Shown here: piece after piece, positions 20,798 through 21,502 of the stretch
Layout: the number at the start of each line of letters is the position of its first letter
How positions within the stretch are numbered: position 1 is the first letter of the stretch
NCBI GenBank assembly: GCA_946965045.2
Contig: CAMPTO020000002.1
Span: forward strand, 1 to 21,502
Direction: 5' to 3'
Length of the DNA: 21,502 nucleotides
Origin: Epithemia pelagica
Lineage: Eukaryota; Protista; Bacillariophyta
The notes under the pieces: generated by a model
Told to the model about the DNA's origin: nothing
What the model saw: the letters and a program-made list of their open reading frames with translations, nothing else
Databases searched by the model: none
Position numbers and translations under genes: made by a program

Positions 20798-21502
20798 ATG
20801 AAATTTAATGATGAATTGGCTCTTTTTTTAAAAGCTCGTTATCCAATAATCTATATTAATACCATTGAAGAAGATCGAGTTGAATATGTAATTAGAAAAA
20901 ACATTAAAACTAATTTAAATCGTAGTATGTATAGTTGGGATTTCGTGGATGGCTATACAAATAATCCAAATAATGAAGGATTTGCAAAACGAAATCCTTT
21001 ACAAGCTCTAGAACTTGTAGAACGATTGAATGCTGAAACTCCAGCATTATTTCTATTAAAAGATTTTAACCGATTTTTAACAGATCTTTCCATTTCACGA
21101 AAATTAAGAAATGTTAGTCGAATTCTTAAATTGCAACCAAAAACTATTATTATTATTGGTTCAGATTTAACTATTCCTAGAGAATTACAAGATTTAGTTA
21201 CGGTTTTACAATTTCAATTACCATTAGAAAATGAAATTAACCAAGAATTAAATCGCTTAGTAACGTCTTTAAATCTTAAGATTGATCCTCAATTATTTGA
21301 GACTCTTACTCGAGCATGTCAAGGCCTTTCTTTAGAAAGGATTAGACGTGTCTTATCAAAAATTATTGCAACTTATAAAACTATTGATGAAAATAGCATT
21401 GCTGTTTTACTTAGCGAAAAAAAACAGATTATAAGTCAAACTGAAATATTAGAGTATATATCAGTGAACGAAAACATTGCAAACTTAGGTGGTTTAGCTA
21501 AC
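20798..21502 (+). CDS. ycf46: Ycf46 AAA+ ATPase, 5' part (truncated by window end)
   Basis: MKFNDELALFLKARYPIIYINTIEEDRVEYVIRK...WDFVDGY..., open to the window end; follows rpl34 as is usual in diatoms. Confidence 0.95.
   Translation, partial: MKFNDELALFLKARYPIIYINTIEEDRVEYVIRKNIKTNLNRSMYSWDFVDGYTNNPNNEGFAKRNPLQALELVERLNAETPALFLLKDFNRFLTDLSISRKLRNVSRILKLQPKTIIIIGSDLTIPRELQDLVTVLQFQLPLENEINQELNRLVTSLNLKIDPQLFETLTRACQGLSLERIRRVLSKIIATYKTIDENSIAVLLSEKKQIISQTEILEYISVNENIANLGGLAN

Overview
AT-rich diatom plastid genome segment, probably from a pennate; the taxon is inferred from gene content and order (ycf89, ycf35, ycf45, ycf46, rbcR, secA, intron-less trnI/trnA). Order: atpD(3' part)-atpA | rpl35-rpl20-ycf45 | psaE(-) | ftsH | orphan psaB 3' fragment marking the inferred LSC/IR junction | trnP-ycf89-16S-trnI-trnA-23S-5S | ~1.1 kb accessory island | ycf35(-) | rpl32-trnL-rbcR-rpl21-rpl27-secA-rpl34-ycf46(5' part). 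The ORF track misses atpD, rpl32, rpl34, ycf46 and the psaB fragment. The most unusual part is the island at ~14030-15180, which holds an uncharacterised Gly/Ala-rich protein family with a Cys-rich C-terminus. One 147-codon copy on the minus strand is broken only by an exact 8-bp tandem duplication. It is nested inside a diverged, decayed plus-strand paralogue whose two halves rejoin in frame across a 13-bp direct repeat. Other points of interest: ftsH appears to take its stop codon and terminator from the psaB-derived sequence, rpl35-rpl20 has a structured 5' leader, and trnL(UAG) has an atypical anticodon arm.
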